This document shows, in pieces, positions 26,321-40,300 of a stretch of 64,000 nt of DNA. The notes beneath the pieces are model-generated. The model ran no database searches. It had not been told where the DNA came from and worked only from the letters and a program-made list of their open reading frames with translations. Both the position numbers and the translations under genes were made by a program. The stretch spans positions 41,664,001 through 41,728,000 of the forward strand of contig OX597830.1 of assembly GCA_951406725.2 (NCBI GenBank), written 5' to 3'. Source of the DNA: Octopus vulgaris (taxonomy: Eukaryota). Position 1 is the first letter of the stretch; each line of letters opens with the position of its first letter.

Positions 26321-28652
26321 ATGTATATGTGAGAGGGAAAGAGAAAGAAATACACACACATGCACACACACATAGTTGCAGGTATAGTCATGTGGTTAAG
26401 AAATTTACTCTGCAATCATGCAATTCTGAGTAAGCACTCCATGGCACCTTGGCAAGTGTCTTCAAATATATTCCCTGACATGTACTGTGGTTTTAAACAT
26501 GTAACGTCCATAAGAGAGATTATCTCAGACAGATATTGCAGTAAATTTATCTATGATGTATTAACATAGAGTATGATACATAAATGGCTATTCTCATTTT
26601 TAATCATAACTATTAATTTAACTCATTTTATTAAGATGCATTACATAATTAACATAAATATTGATCTTTTATTATATATATTTTAGGTGTGATAGAAGAT
26701 GGCCAATACCTCTATCTGACTAATTCAGCTCAAGACTTTCTCAGTCAGATCATCCACTGCCCACTTCAATCCCAGTCAAAACATTTGGTTTGGCACAAAC
26801 TCACCCATTCTTATATTGATGTAAGTTATTGTTATTAGTCCTTTTGAGATTAACTCCATCAGAAGCTGATACCTTGTTTCTGTGATACAAAGTCACTAGT
26901 TTAAAATATTCATATTTAAGTTAAAGCCTTCTATCATAGCTTCATGCAAAAAAAAACTCTTTGTTTTATTCTAAACCAAAAGCTACATTAATAATGGTAA
27001 AATTATTTTGATAAAAGAAAAAAGTGGTTAATGGAAGAAAAAGAGACAAGTAAATCAGAAATGCCTGAGTGGAGGTGGTACATAATCAATCAGATACAAG
27101 GAGCAGAGGCCATTGTGGTAGCTGCAGAAAAGGCAAAGAGAGGACACATGTTTGGGAGCCAGAATTTGGAATGCACTGTATGTGGCACCAGAAAATACAA
27201 ACCGGTCCTGAGCAACCTGTGGTTCATGGGACTTAAAGAATAGCATGCCTAATTTCATGCAGCCTGCTTCTCCCAGAAAGGCATGCTCACACATTATAGT
27301 CACAAATTTAAACCTTAGAATAAACACTGTACCCAAGATACGCAACAGGTACCTCTCTTGTTCCATGCTAGAATGGTCAGTAATAGGAAGAGCAAAGATT
27401 GTTTCACACACCCCACCCACCAAAAACTGGAATTATGAATTTTACAACAGTGAATTAAAAAGAAACTTAAAGAAAAAAATGCTCCTTATTTTTCTATGTA
27501 TTTACTGCAGTCTATTATGTATGTTATATTTCTTATCTTAAATCTCTGGTTTGTCTACAGTCTGAAGCAGACATCAGCGAAACTAGCACACTCATCAACA
27601 GTGTCATTCAAAAGAACATTGAAGTTGGAGAAAAGTCAGTGTTGATTAATTGTTATTTGGATGGCAAAATTCAAATTGGCAACAATTCCCTATGTAATGG
27701 CCTCCGTTTGGATCTTTCAAATGTAAGTAGCTAATCTAATAGTTGAAGTTACTAGAAAGGAGCTGTCTTTGCTCTGCCCATCTTCATAAAGTGGCCATTG
27801 GTTTGCAGTCTGTCTTTGGTGCTGTATAAACAACTGTGAGGAAAAACACTTAACTTTAAACAATGCTTTCTTGGCTTTTTTCCCTTTTGGTCCTAAATAT
27901 GTGAATAACAAATTTTTTACTAAAGTAACTTTTGTATATACACAATTTCATCTTTCTCTTCATCAGAAGCAGCACTTGTTCTATGCTGGCATGGGTTAGA
28001 TGGTTTGACAGGATCTGATGGATCCAGGGATTGCTTTGTATATCTGTTTCCTTATGATTTTTACAGATGGATGCCCTTCATAATGCCAACCACTTCACAA
28101 AGTGTACAGGGTGCTTTTTTCATGCCACTGGCACTATTAAGGTACCTCACAAGACTAAGACCGCAAAGGAAGGCTTGGTTTTATAGTTTATAAACTTATT
28201 TTTGTGCATTTTTCCTTTCTGTTAATTCATGCAATTTTTAAGGTAGTAGGAAGTAGATCAAAGCAGTAGCAGGGTCAGCTTTGGGTTACAACACCGCACC
28301 CAATACAATAAACTATTGCATTAACTATTCCATATTTGGAAACTTCTCATCATATCTGAAAGCGAATATGATTTCCTTTCTCAGATGTGAAGAACATGGT
28401 TTCAAAACCATGACCCAGACTCAAATTGCTTGGAGCACATCTCTTGTTTTATGATTCTTAATACTTTTATGTTTCCTGAATTTAAAGTAACTTTAGTTCT
28501 TTACATTTAACATGACCTTCATGAGTGCTTTCTGTCGAAGAGCGTAGGCTCGAAACGTAAAAGACTTTTTCTATTCCTGAGCGTTATACTAATACATCTG
28601 TTTGTTTTGTACACCACCTGTCTTCGTCTTTTGTTTTTTTCGTAAACTGTCC

Positions 28653-28711
<59 letters not shown>

Positions 28712-31278
28712 GATAACAAAAATTTTATTGCTTAAATTTTATGATATATTGGAGGATTAGAAAATGTTTATATATAATACATAAAAGATGGATTTTAAAA
28801 AAATAATAATTTTCTGTGTTAATTTAGAAAACTTTTTTTGGAATATTCTAATATAAATTTTTATAATTTCAGAAAAACAAATATATGAATTTTCCTAACA
28901 ATTTAGTCATTCAAGGTTTTAACATTCTTTTGAAATCCTTGGAAACCAGTAAATATATCATGACAGTTCATGGAATCAACGATTCATTAAATGTAAGCTT
29001 TTTAATTACTTTTTTTTGTTTGTTTGTTTTTGAAATTTTATAAAACTTTTTTTGAAATGCTTTTGATCCTTTCATTGCAAAATTAAATTCATTGTTATTC
29101 CAGTAAGGAAGTTAAATATTGTTATATTTTGGGATGGTATTTTTTTTTCTCTGTCAAATAAGCACATCCATTTTATATTTGTTCTTCACTTCAGATTTAT
29201 TATTGCTTTTATTTAAGTGTCCTTTGTCTGAACTCTTTCATCACCTCTTGTAACCTCTTCCTCAACTCTCCATCCCATGTGTCTCTTCCTGTTCTATTGT
29301 GGGATGGAGAGTCACTGAAGAGGTTACAAAATGTGTGCCAAAGATTTCAGATTTATTATTGTTCTTATTTGATTGTTCCTTTGTCTGAAATGAAGAACGA
29401 ATATATCCTGTATGTGCTTATTTGGCAAGAAAAAAAAAAGTCATCCTGAAATATAACAATATCTGTTTCAACATATGATTGCTCATCAGGAATCTTACAA
29501 AACAAATACATAAACAATGTTGAACTTCTACGACGAGCTGGCAGAAACGTTAGCACGCCGGGTGAAATGCTTAGCGGTATTTCGTCTGCCGTTACGTTCT
29601 GGGTTCAAATTCCACCGAGGTCGACTTTGCCTTTCATCCTTTCGGGGTTGATAAATTAAGTACCAGTTTCACACTGGGGTCGATGTAATCGACTTAATCC
29701 GTTTGTCTGTCCTTGTTTGTCCCCTCTATGTTTAGCCCCTTGTGGGTAATAAAGGAACAATGTTGAACTTCTACCAAAAAAATAGAATTGGTATTTTCTG
29801 TAAGTAATGTTGCCTCAATAAACTTGACATACCTCAACAGAAAATAGTTTCAAGTATGACATTCCCCCAACAAAAGATAGAGTAATATATAAAGCTGTTT
29901 TCTGTCGTTAAGGGTAATGAAATTCTGAATGGATATATCTGATTTCCACAGATAAAAAAAGGGTTACCTCTACAATTTTTAGAGAAGAATTAACTGATTA
30001 GGGTCCTTTACATGTACAATCTTTAGTGTGTGTGTGTGAGTGAGCTAAAAAAAAAGTATTTTCTGCTTAATTCCCGTTTCCACCCCACTCTAGAGATGTT
30101 GGTTATGGGAGTGGAGTGATTGAAGAGGAGATAACAGGGCTTACAGATGTTCTTAGTGATAGGCCAAAGAGTTGTATGCTTCATAAGTAATTTTGGAAAT
30201 GAACCAGAAGAATTTGGTGAGGTTGTGGATTAACTGGAGAGTTCATTCTAAGAGTGTAATGTCAGGTACAGTGAGCAGGTAGTTTGTTATCTGTCTCTCC
30301 TCACAAACACAACAAATTTGTTATTGAACTATTTTACACCTGCATATGCTTGAAAAATTTGAGTTGAATGACTTGACCCCAGTATTTTTTTTTTTAAAGT
30401 CTGATACTTATTCTATCAGTCTCTTTTGCTGAACTAAGTTATGGAGACATAACTACACCAACACCAGTTGTCAGGTGGTGGTCGAGGACTAACACACAAA
30501 TATAAATACAGTAGGTTACTTTCAGTTACTATCTATCAAGTCTACTCGCAAGGTTTTGGAAGGCCCAAGGCTATAGTAGAAATCAATTACCCACGGTGCC
30601 ATGCAGTGGGACTGAACCCAGAACCATATGGTTGGGACAAAAATAATAGCTTGTTACCTCTCTATTCTTGAATCAAACAGTCTCTTAGGCTTCCTTGTTA
30701 TTGTTTCATATTGGTGACCAGTGACTTGATTTCCTGTAGTCTTCAAAATTGTTTCTGTGTGTTTGTAGCTGTGTGCATATAGATGTGTATGGATGTAAGA
30801 TATATATGGGGGGGATTTGAAAATGCAGAGGACTTTTAAAGATGTTTATTGACTTGACCAGTTTCACTTTTTTTTTTTTTAATATTTTCAAAAATAAAGT
30901 GCAAGGCTTTGTGTAGCCTTTGTGGTGTTAAAAATTAGTTAACATAGATGTGTTAAAATACAGTGATAGTCTTTGACAATGATATGATGTTAAGAAATAG
31001 GATCTTTGACAATGTTAAGAAAATTTTATGAGAGGCTTTGTGTTTAAACAGTTTACATAAAAGTGTTCAAAATAAGCAATAAAATAAGTACATAATTGTT
31101 TATAAGTTCGTCAGAAATCATAATTGTTTATAAGCATATATACAGAAAGACTTTGTAGACAGTATTTGATAGGAGAAAGCATGTATGGCTCTGTCAAAAG
31201 TTCATCAGGAATCATATTTAAGTATTTATACAGAATTTTAGGGGAGTGACCAACCTTTTTTCTTCATCTCCAGTTTTG

Positions 31279-31309
<31 letters not shown>

Positions 31310-34300
31310 AGATCCATTCTGTCTGTGTGTGTGTCTTCTAGGATCTCAGGCATCCTCCATCCGATTGCGCTCAAATTTGATATGTAGATACCGATGATAT
31401 CAGGGTGTGTATAAGTCTTGAAAAAATTACAATTCCAGATGAGAATGCGATCGATAAAGCCATGGGAACATGCATTTGTACGTGCAAGTACATCAGCTGT
31501 TGCGATCAATACTGGCTGGCTTGAAATAATGCCACAAAATGGGATGGTCGGACAAGTTGTTTTAAGAAAATTTGGTTTAAATGTTTGACAACTCAGCACC
31601 GTCCATTGGATGGAGGGACATTTTGCTCGTATATATATATATATATATGCACGCATGCATGCATATGTGCATGTAGTTTGTGATGTATAGTGTGCATTTA
31701 TGCTTTTGTTTGGTTGTGTTTATAAGTTATAAATATGTTCATCTATTTGTATTAGTTATGATAATGAACCTGTTAATCTTGCAGGGTTCTTTAAATGCTG
31801 AGAATGCAACCTTCTGTAACCAGAAGTGGAAAGATTTTATCAAGAGGACTGGTATTAAAGAAGAAGAACTTTGGAACACCTCTGATGTAAATAACTATTG
31901 ATTTATATTCCATATGAATTTGCACTGAAAATGTTTCTGGTATTAATTTCAGAAACTATATTATTCCATATGCATTGCTTTTTTTTAAGGACAGTAAGGC
32001 CTGATTTGAGGGAATTTGGCTGCTTTTTCTTAGATGTTAAATGATTATGTATAGGATCCTTCATTGGCTCTCAATACCTTGTGATCTTTTATTTGTTTCA
32101 GTCATTAGACTACAGCCATGCTGGAGTACTGCCTTGAAATTTTAATCAAATAAATCAATCCCAGTACTTTGGGGGTTTTTTTTAGCCTGGTACTTATTAT
32201 ATCAGTCTCTTTTGCTGAATCACTAAGTTATAGGGTTGTCAAGTGGTGGTGGTGGGAACAAACACACAATATTTATTTATTTGATGGGCAGCTTTGTTTC
32301 CATATACCAAATCCACAAAGGCTTTGGTAGGCCTGAGGCCCTAGTAGAAGACACTTGCCCAAGGTGCTACACAGTGGGACTGAACCCAGCTCATGTGGTT
32401 AGGAAGCAAACTTCTTACCACACAGCCACACTTGGGCCAATGTTTAGTTGGTCATTCTGATTGGTTTTCTAATGACTTTATTCCCAAAGTAGAAAAATAT
32501 TGTAAGGATAAAAAAATTCCTTTCGAGATTCTTCTGATAATGGATAATGCTTCCAGTCATGCTGCATTTTTAAAGCATCACCATCAAAATATTACTGTTG
32601 TTTTTTGTTTTTTTTTACCTCCCAATACAACATATTTATTACTGCCTCTGGATCAAGGAGCCATTTCATCATTTAAATCTTACTATCTCCTTTTCACCTT
32701 TGAAAGACTCATCAAAGTGACTGATAAAGGAAATAGTCCTATGATTCAAGAATTTTGGAAAAGTTCCAATGTCTTTGTTGCAATAGAACTGATAAAGAAA
32801 GCATGGGATAAAATCACAGCAAAGAACATGAAAAGAATTTGGAAAAATCTCTGCCTCAAATTAACTGACAATTTTTTGAAGGATTTGATAATCTTCATGA
32901 AGGTTTTCAAAAAGAATCTGACTCAATCATAAATATTGCAAAGGAATTGAACTTTGAAATTTCACCTGAAGTTGTTAAAGAAGCTTTTTATGCTGACAGT
33001 GATGAAATCACAAATGAAGAATTGCTAGAAATGGAAAAATTTGAATGTGAAGAAGAAGAAGAAGAAAATGAAGAATCACCTGAAAGATGCTTCTCTGTAA
33101 AAAAGCTAAATGCAGTATTTCTTCACATTGAAAAAGTAATTGAAATCTTTGAGCAACAAGATGCTGATTTTGAAAGAAGCTCAACTGTTGCTACAAATTT
33201 AATGAGAGGTCATGCTTGTTATCATGAAAGTTACTGTGAAATGAAGAAGTCTTTTCAATGAACAACTTTAGATAATTTTTAATAAAGAGAACTAATATGG
33301 GCCAAACATCAAAACAAGAAGCAACTCAACAAATGGAATTGACATGCACTCAAGGGGCCCCAGTGATGGCAGATCTGATGGATACGAATTAAATTTCACG
33401 AGTTGAATTTTTTTGTTTTATACGTTTTTCTATTTTTTCATTCTTTAGTTTGTGATTTAATAAAAAATTATACTCTTGAATATTTCTATTTTTATCTTAA
33501 CCTTTTCTTTCAATTTTAGAAACTTTAAGAATCAACTTTTTTAGTGGGAACAAATTAAAGGTATATTTACAAATCTAGTCAGGAACAAATGAATTCATAA
33601 ACATGTGGTTCTGCCTATATATTTAACTTCTCTCTCTTTCTCTATCTCTCTCTCTCCCTCTCTCTCTTAATCTTTAAATTTCTTTATTTAGGATTCTTCT
33701 AAAAAAGTTCTTTGGACTGCAAAGCTGTTTCCTATTTTCCATCATGAAGAAAATGTTGGTATGAAAGAAATTCTGTGGCTGTTAGGTGAAAGCTGTGATG
33801 GAGCTGAAGTTCCCAAGAAGTAAGGTTTCATTAAATAATGATTTTATACATAGATCGATAAATAGATGAATTTTACTAGTCTCAATCATTGGACTGTAGC
33901 CATCCTGGGGCACCACTTTGAAGGGTTTTAGTCAAGCAGTTACACCCCAATGCAATTTTTTTAAATGTGATACTTATTCTATCAGTCTCTTTTTTCAAAC
34001 CATTAAGTTATGGAGATGTAAACAAACCAAGACTGGCTGTCAAGTGGTTGGTAGCAGTGTGGGGAACTAACAGACACAAAAATACAACACGCACACACGC
34101 ACGCACGCATGCACATATTTACACATATACAATGGGTTTCTTAGATGCACTGAAAAATTAATCAGATGACCATGGTTGTAATGCTTTTGATCTTTGGTCA
34201 GTTCTTTTAGGATTGACTGGAGATAAACAACAATATGTTAGAATTAGCAATCTGTAAAGGGTCAAGATCCCTTTTGGTCATGGATGACCATGGGATTACA

Positions 34301-37300
34301 CTTAGAAAGTTCCCCTCTAAGGCACAAGTCCGGACAAGGTTGTTTATGGAGAACCAGCAGTTGCCCATGCGTACCAGCATCTCCTCTCCATGCCACCGAT
34401 GTTATCCAAGGGAAAGGCAAAGGCTGATAACATCTTGGCATCAGTGACATCACAACTCATTTCTTCAGTTGAGTGAACTGGATCAACGTGAAATAAAGTA
34501 TCTTGCTCAAGAATACAACACACAGCCTGGTTCAGAAATTGAACTCACTATCTCATACTCTATGTGTGTTGGTTGAAAGCCTTTTAAACTGCAATATTTT
34601 CCTTGAGAAAGTATCTCTTATAAACTTAACAGTGTTAAAAACACCAAAATAGCTGCAGATAATGTGAAGGATACACAGCATTGGTGATGAAATTGCTGGA
34701 TCTGGATTTCTGCTTGCCAGCTAAATGCAGTGTCAGTGACCTTTCAGTCACTGTTTAACAGGTTGCAGTTGATGCTTGCTTGACATGAGGTGACAGGGAT
34801 ATTTGTTACCAAAGAAGCTAACGAGCAGAAATTTAGATCCAGCAAAATCACCACCAAACAATGGATGACCTTTGCCTGTTACTGATATTCTTCATTGTCT
34901 TGAAAAAATATCTCTTACAGACATTAAAGAGTCAAAAACAAATACCACAGTTTCAAAGGCTTTCAACATATATACAGTTAAGTGTGTATAAAGTTAGTGA
35001 TAGAAGCGGTATTAGTTCAAAATTAGCTAAGAATGAATTTTTAACACTTTAGAGTTTGGGGACACAAATCTTTCTCTGGGGTTCTGGAAAGGAGACAAAT
35101 ATTCTGAAAGTTATATTTGGCATGTCTTGGTTAATAATACTACTCATAGTATGAGTGAGAATTCATTAAAAGGGAATTGAAGCATGGGGTAAACTACCCA
35201 CATCAGTTATTAGCTGTTGGGACACTACATCCTTCAAAATTTACATACTTCCTGAAATTCACCACCCATACTCCTGATCTGCATCCCCCACAATTTTTTT
35301 GTTTTAAATGACTCCTTCACTGTTCACTTCTTGTGCATTATTCCATGTACTGTTCATGCACTTTCGACTACTTTTTTCTTATGAGTTGTAGTGCACCTGA
35401 GCACTGTATACAATAAGTTCATTATTATTATTATCATTAAGGCAGTGAACTGGCAGAACCATTAGCACACTGGGTGAAATACTTACCAGTATTTCATCTA
35501 TCTTTACGTTCTGAGTTCAAATTCCGCTGAGATTGACTTTGCCTTTCATCCTTTAAGGGTCGATAAATTTAGTACCAATTACGCACTAGGGGTTGATGTA
35601 ATCGACTGGTCCCAAAATTTCAGGCCTTGTGCCTATAGTAGAAAGGATAATTATTATTAAGGTGGCAAGCTGGCAGAGTCGTTAGCATGCCAGGTAAAAT
35701 GCTTAGTGGCATTTCATCCATCTTTATGTTCTGAGTTCAAATTCCACCGAGGTTGACTTTCCTTTCATTCTTTCGGGGTTGATAAATTAAGTACCAATTG
35801 AGCAGTGGGATCAATATATTCAACTATCCTCTTCCCTAAATTTCAGGCCTTGTGCCTATAGTAGAAAGGATAATTATTATTAAGGTGGCAAGCTGGCAGT
35901 CGTTAGCATGCCAGGCAAAATGCTTAGTGGCATTTCATCCATCTTTATGTTCTGAGTTCAAATTCCACTGAGATTGACTTTCCTTTCATCCTTTCAGGGT
36001 TGATAAATTAAGTACCAATTGAGCAGTGGGATCAATATATTCAACTATCCCCTTCCCTAAATTTCAGGCCTTGTGCCTATAGTAGAAAGGATAATTATTA
36101 TTAAGGTGGCAAGCTGGCAGAGTCGTTAGCATGCCAGGCAAAATGCTTAGTGGCATTTCATCCATCTTTATGTTCTGAGTTCAAATTCCACTGAGATTGA
36201 CTTTCCTTTCATCCTTTAAGGGTCGATAAATTTAGTACCAATTAAACACTAGGGGTCGATGTAATCAATTGGTCCCAAAATTTCAGGCCTTGTGCCTATA
36301 GTAGAAAGGATAATTATTATTAAGGTGGCAAGCTGGCAGAGTCGTTAGCATGCCAGGCAAAATGCTTAGTGGCATTTCATCCATCTTTATGTTCTGAGTT
36401 CAAATTCCACTGAGATTGACTTTCCTTTCATCCTTTAAGGGTCGATAAATTTAGTACCAATTAAACACTAGGGGTCGATGTAATCAATTGGTCCCAAAAT
36501 TTCAGGCCTTGTGCCTATAGTAGAAAGGATAATTATTATTAAGGTGGCAAGCTGGCAGAGTCGTTAGCATGCCAGGCAAAATGCTTAGTGGCATTTCATC
36601 CATCTTTATGTTCTGAGTTCAAATTCCACTGAGATTGACTTTCCTTTCATCCTTTCAGGGTTGATAAATTAAGTACCAATTGAGCAGTGGGATCAATATA
36701 TTCAACTATCCCCTTCCCTAAATTTCAGGCCTTGTTCCTATAGTAGAAAGGATAATTATTATTAAGGTGGCAAGCTGGCAGAGTCGTTAGCATGCCAGGC
36801 AAAATGCTTAGTGGCATTTCATCCATCTTTATGTTCTGAGTTCAAATTCCACTGAGATTGACTTTCCTTTCATCCTTTCAGGGTTGATAAATTAAGTACC
36901 AATTGAGCAGTGGGATCAATATATTCAACTATCCCCTTCCCCAAATTTCAGGCCGTGTGCCTTTAGTAGAAAGGATTGTTATTATCATTATTATTATTAT
37001 CTATGTACAGTCACTTGTTGAATTAGAAGAATTGTGAAGTCATGCATTTTCTTCTGTTTTTAACTTTATTTTTATTTATTAATTCTTCACTGTTTCAGAT
37101 GGAGAGAATCTTGGAGATTATCTTTATCAGAGATTTTAAAATTAGTCGACCTTAGCAGTGAATTTTCTCTTCGAAGGTAATTCAAAAAATTCTTTGTGTT
37201 TCATCAAAAAGCTTAACTGACTGTTAGAGATGAGACTTTGGTCTGTGTCAAGAATCTCTATCTGAGGTGCACTATCAATACATAGCTGCATAATTTTATT

Positions 37301-40300
37301 TCACATTCTTTTAAGCACAGTTGTTGCTGCTGTTTAGCACTAGCCAGCTTTAATTGAGCAGATTTATGATCATAAATATTCCAGGTGTGACCATCCCATC
37401 TTTTTTCTGTTCACAGTGCACCTAGAAACATTATTGTGTTCTTTCCTTTGATGGTAGGATGGGAATTTTTACTGAGATTTGGCTGCTATTCCTAGCAGGA
37501 TCAGTGACTGCATAGATCTTCCCTTGTTGTTGGCTTTACTGTTTATAAACAAAGCAAGCTGTCATTTAAATATATGATGTTTATGTTTTGAAATTATGTT
37601 CAAGCTTGCATTATATTATAATTAAAAGGTGGCGAGCTGGCAGAAACGTTAGCATGCCAGGCGAAATGCATAGCCGTATTTCAGCTGCTGTAACGTACCG
37701 AGTTCAAATTCCGCTGAGGTCAACTTTGCCTTTCATCCTTTCAGGGTCGATTAAATAAGTACCAATTACGCACTGGGGTCAATATAATCAACTTAATCCG
37801 TTTGTCTGTCCTTGTTTGTCCCCTCTATGTTTAGTCTCTTGTGGGCAGTAAAGAAATATATATTATAAATGTTCCACACATGATTACAGAATTCACAGCG
37901 CTTCACTCGTCTTTACAGAACTAGTTGAACTTTTACAAACTTGTGAGAATAGAGAAAGATCAAGAAAAAAGCAGAGGATTGAAAAGATCAGGTCTTCAAA
38001 AGCTTTGCTTTAGAAGTTTAAAACATGGAGACAACTGTGGCAGTGTTATACAATTTATCTCACCTATTTTACAGTTCCCTCTCTTTCTCAGCTGATGCTA
38101 TGTAAAACTCACCTGTGTTGGCACCATGCACAAAGTGCCAGTGCTGGTGCCACATGTAAAGTACCCAGTAAACTCTGTAATGTGGTTGGTGTTAGGAAGG
38201 GCATCCAGCCATAGAAACCATGTCAAAACAGACAACTGGAGTCTGGTGCAACTCCCTGACTTGCCAGTTCCTGTCGATCCATTTTACCCATGTCAGCATA
38301 TATATATATATCTTTGCCAATGATTATAGATTTTCTTAACTGAAAATTGAAGGCATACCAGTTCCAAACCAATTTTAAATTTACTTTTCTCAGAAAACTG
38401 TTCTATGAAATTAGTGAACAGCATGTGAAAACAACTCTTTTAAATGGAGAAAATAATGGTCTGCGATATATTTACAAAAGTGTCACACTGGAATCACAAG
38501 AATATTCTTTAAGCATGTTGAAGGCATTGGACAATGGTAGGACTTCTTTTATTTTCTTTTGCCTTTCATTTATATATTTTTGAATTTCATAACCATTTTT
38601 TAAAAAAATATCCTTCACTAATTAAAAGATCTTTTCTCTGCAGAAATAAGGGAAAAGGTAATTAGAAATGTTTTGATGTGGGTTTTTTTTTTAATGAAAA
38701 AAAAAATTTAAATCAAACCATTCAAAATCAAATGAAGAATAATATAAAGGTATAAGAATAGCATTCCGTTAATAATATAACATTTAAATTATCAAAATGC
38801 AGAAACAAATATTTCTTAGTCCTGATCAGTTTATGTATGGATAAAGTCTATCATTTGATATAAAAAGAAAATAACTTTTACACACACCCACACACACTAT
38901 ATCTGTCTATCTATTGATCAATCAAGAGAGAGGAGAGGGGTAGGAATGGTGACATAGTTAAGAAGCTTGCTTTGCTACCACATGGCTTCAGGTTCAGTCT
39001 CATTACACAGCACCTTGGGCAAGTGTCTCCTATAGCCCTGGGCTAGTCAATGCCTTGGGAGAGGGTTCAGTTGACAGAAACTGAAAGAAGCCTCTGTATA
39101 CATGTGTATATATTTGTGTCTCTTTGATTAGATACAGCATGATAGTTGAGTGTCGCTGTTATACAAGCAGTGTCCTTAATTTTCAGTATTCTACAAAAAC
39201 GTAACTGGCCATGGGGAAATCTCTCAAACAACATCCAAGCCATTCAAACATGGAAAAGTGGTCATTAAAACAATGATATATATAATATATATATATATTA
39301 TAATATAAAATAATACAAAATAATGATATATAAACATACATGCACATTCACATTTGAAATATCAATTCTATAACAATTGGTAGATACAAATAATATTGTT
39401 CAGAAAGAATCTTTAGAGCTCATCTAAGCCTTCAATTTTATTGTCTCTTTTCTCATAAGGAGACAGTAATTGGAAGAACATGAAATATCAACAAAACATC
39501 TCAGAGTTAAGAGAAATTAGATCGCAGAAATGAGGACAATAAACTAAATATTTTGATATTTTGAACTCAAATCCTGCCAGCTTATCTTTGGGATTAACAC
39601 AACTTTACTGGAATAATTTGATAAATTGTGTTCATCATCATCATTGTTTAACGTATGTTTTGCATGCTAGCATGGGTTGGACAGTTCGACCGGGGTCTGG
39701 GAAGCCAGGACGCTGCTCCAGTCTGATCTGACAGTGTTTCTACAGCTAGATGCCCTTCCTAACGCCAACCACTCCATGAGTGTAGTGGGTGCTTTTTACA
39801 TGCCACCGACACAGATGCCAGGGGAGGCTAGCAACGGTTATGATCGGTTGATGCTTTTTACATGCCACTGGCACGGAAGCCAGTCAAAGCAGCGCTGGCA
39901 TCGGCCACGTTCGGCACAGGTATCACAACTACAAGATCCATTTGATTTTTTGATGTTGATGTACTTGACTCAATAGGTTTCCTCAAGCACAGCAGGTCCC
40001 CCTATGATCCAAGGTAAGCACAGCAGGCTGTCCTGCAATCCAAGGTACTTTGGATGGGCTGGGGCTTCTATGCGAAGCTGGTGCAGGAAACAGCCATGAA
40101 CTCACATTATTTGTCGAGTCTTCGCAGTCACAGCATATCTCCAGAGGTCTCGGTCTTTCGTCATTGTCTCTGTGAGGCACAACATTCAAAGGTCATGCTT
40201 AACCACCTCATCCCATGCCTTCCTAGGTCTACCTCTACCCCGGATTCCTTCAACTGTTTGGGAGTGGCACTTCTTCACAAATCTCTCCTCATCCATCCGT

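Noticed and set aside
32393-33261. Possible domesticated TIGD-like gene
   Set aside because: It is frameshifted, its N-terminus is lost to a SINE, and it has no intact reading frame.
34571-34968. Possible further hammerhead (gtgatGAAA) in this inverted-repeat element
   Set aside because: No core box or stem I could be placed.
35439-36980. CRISPR-like appearance of regular repeats (also 47720-48314 and 54333-54660)
   Set aside because: There are no unique spacers, the units are SINE/LINE-derived, the context is eukaryotic and no cas genes are present.
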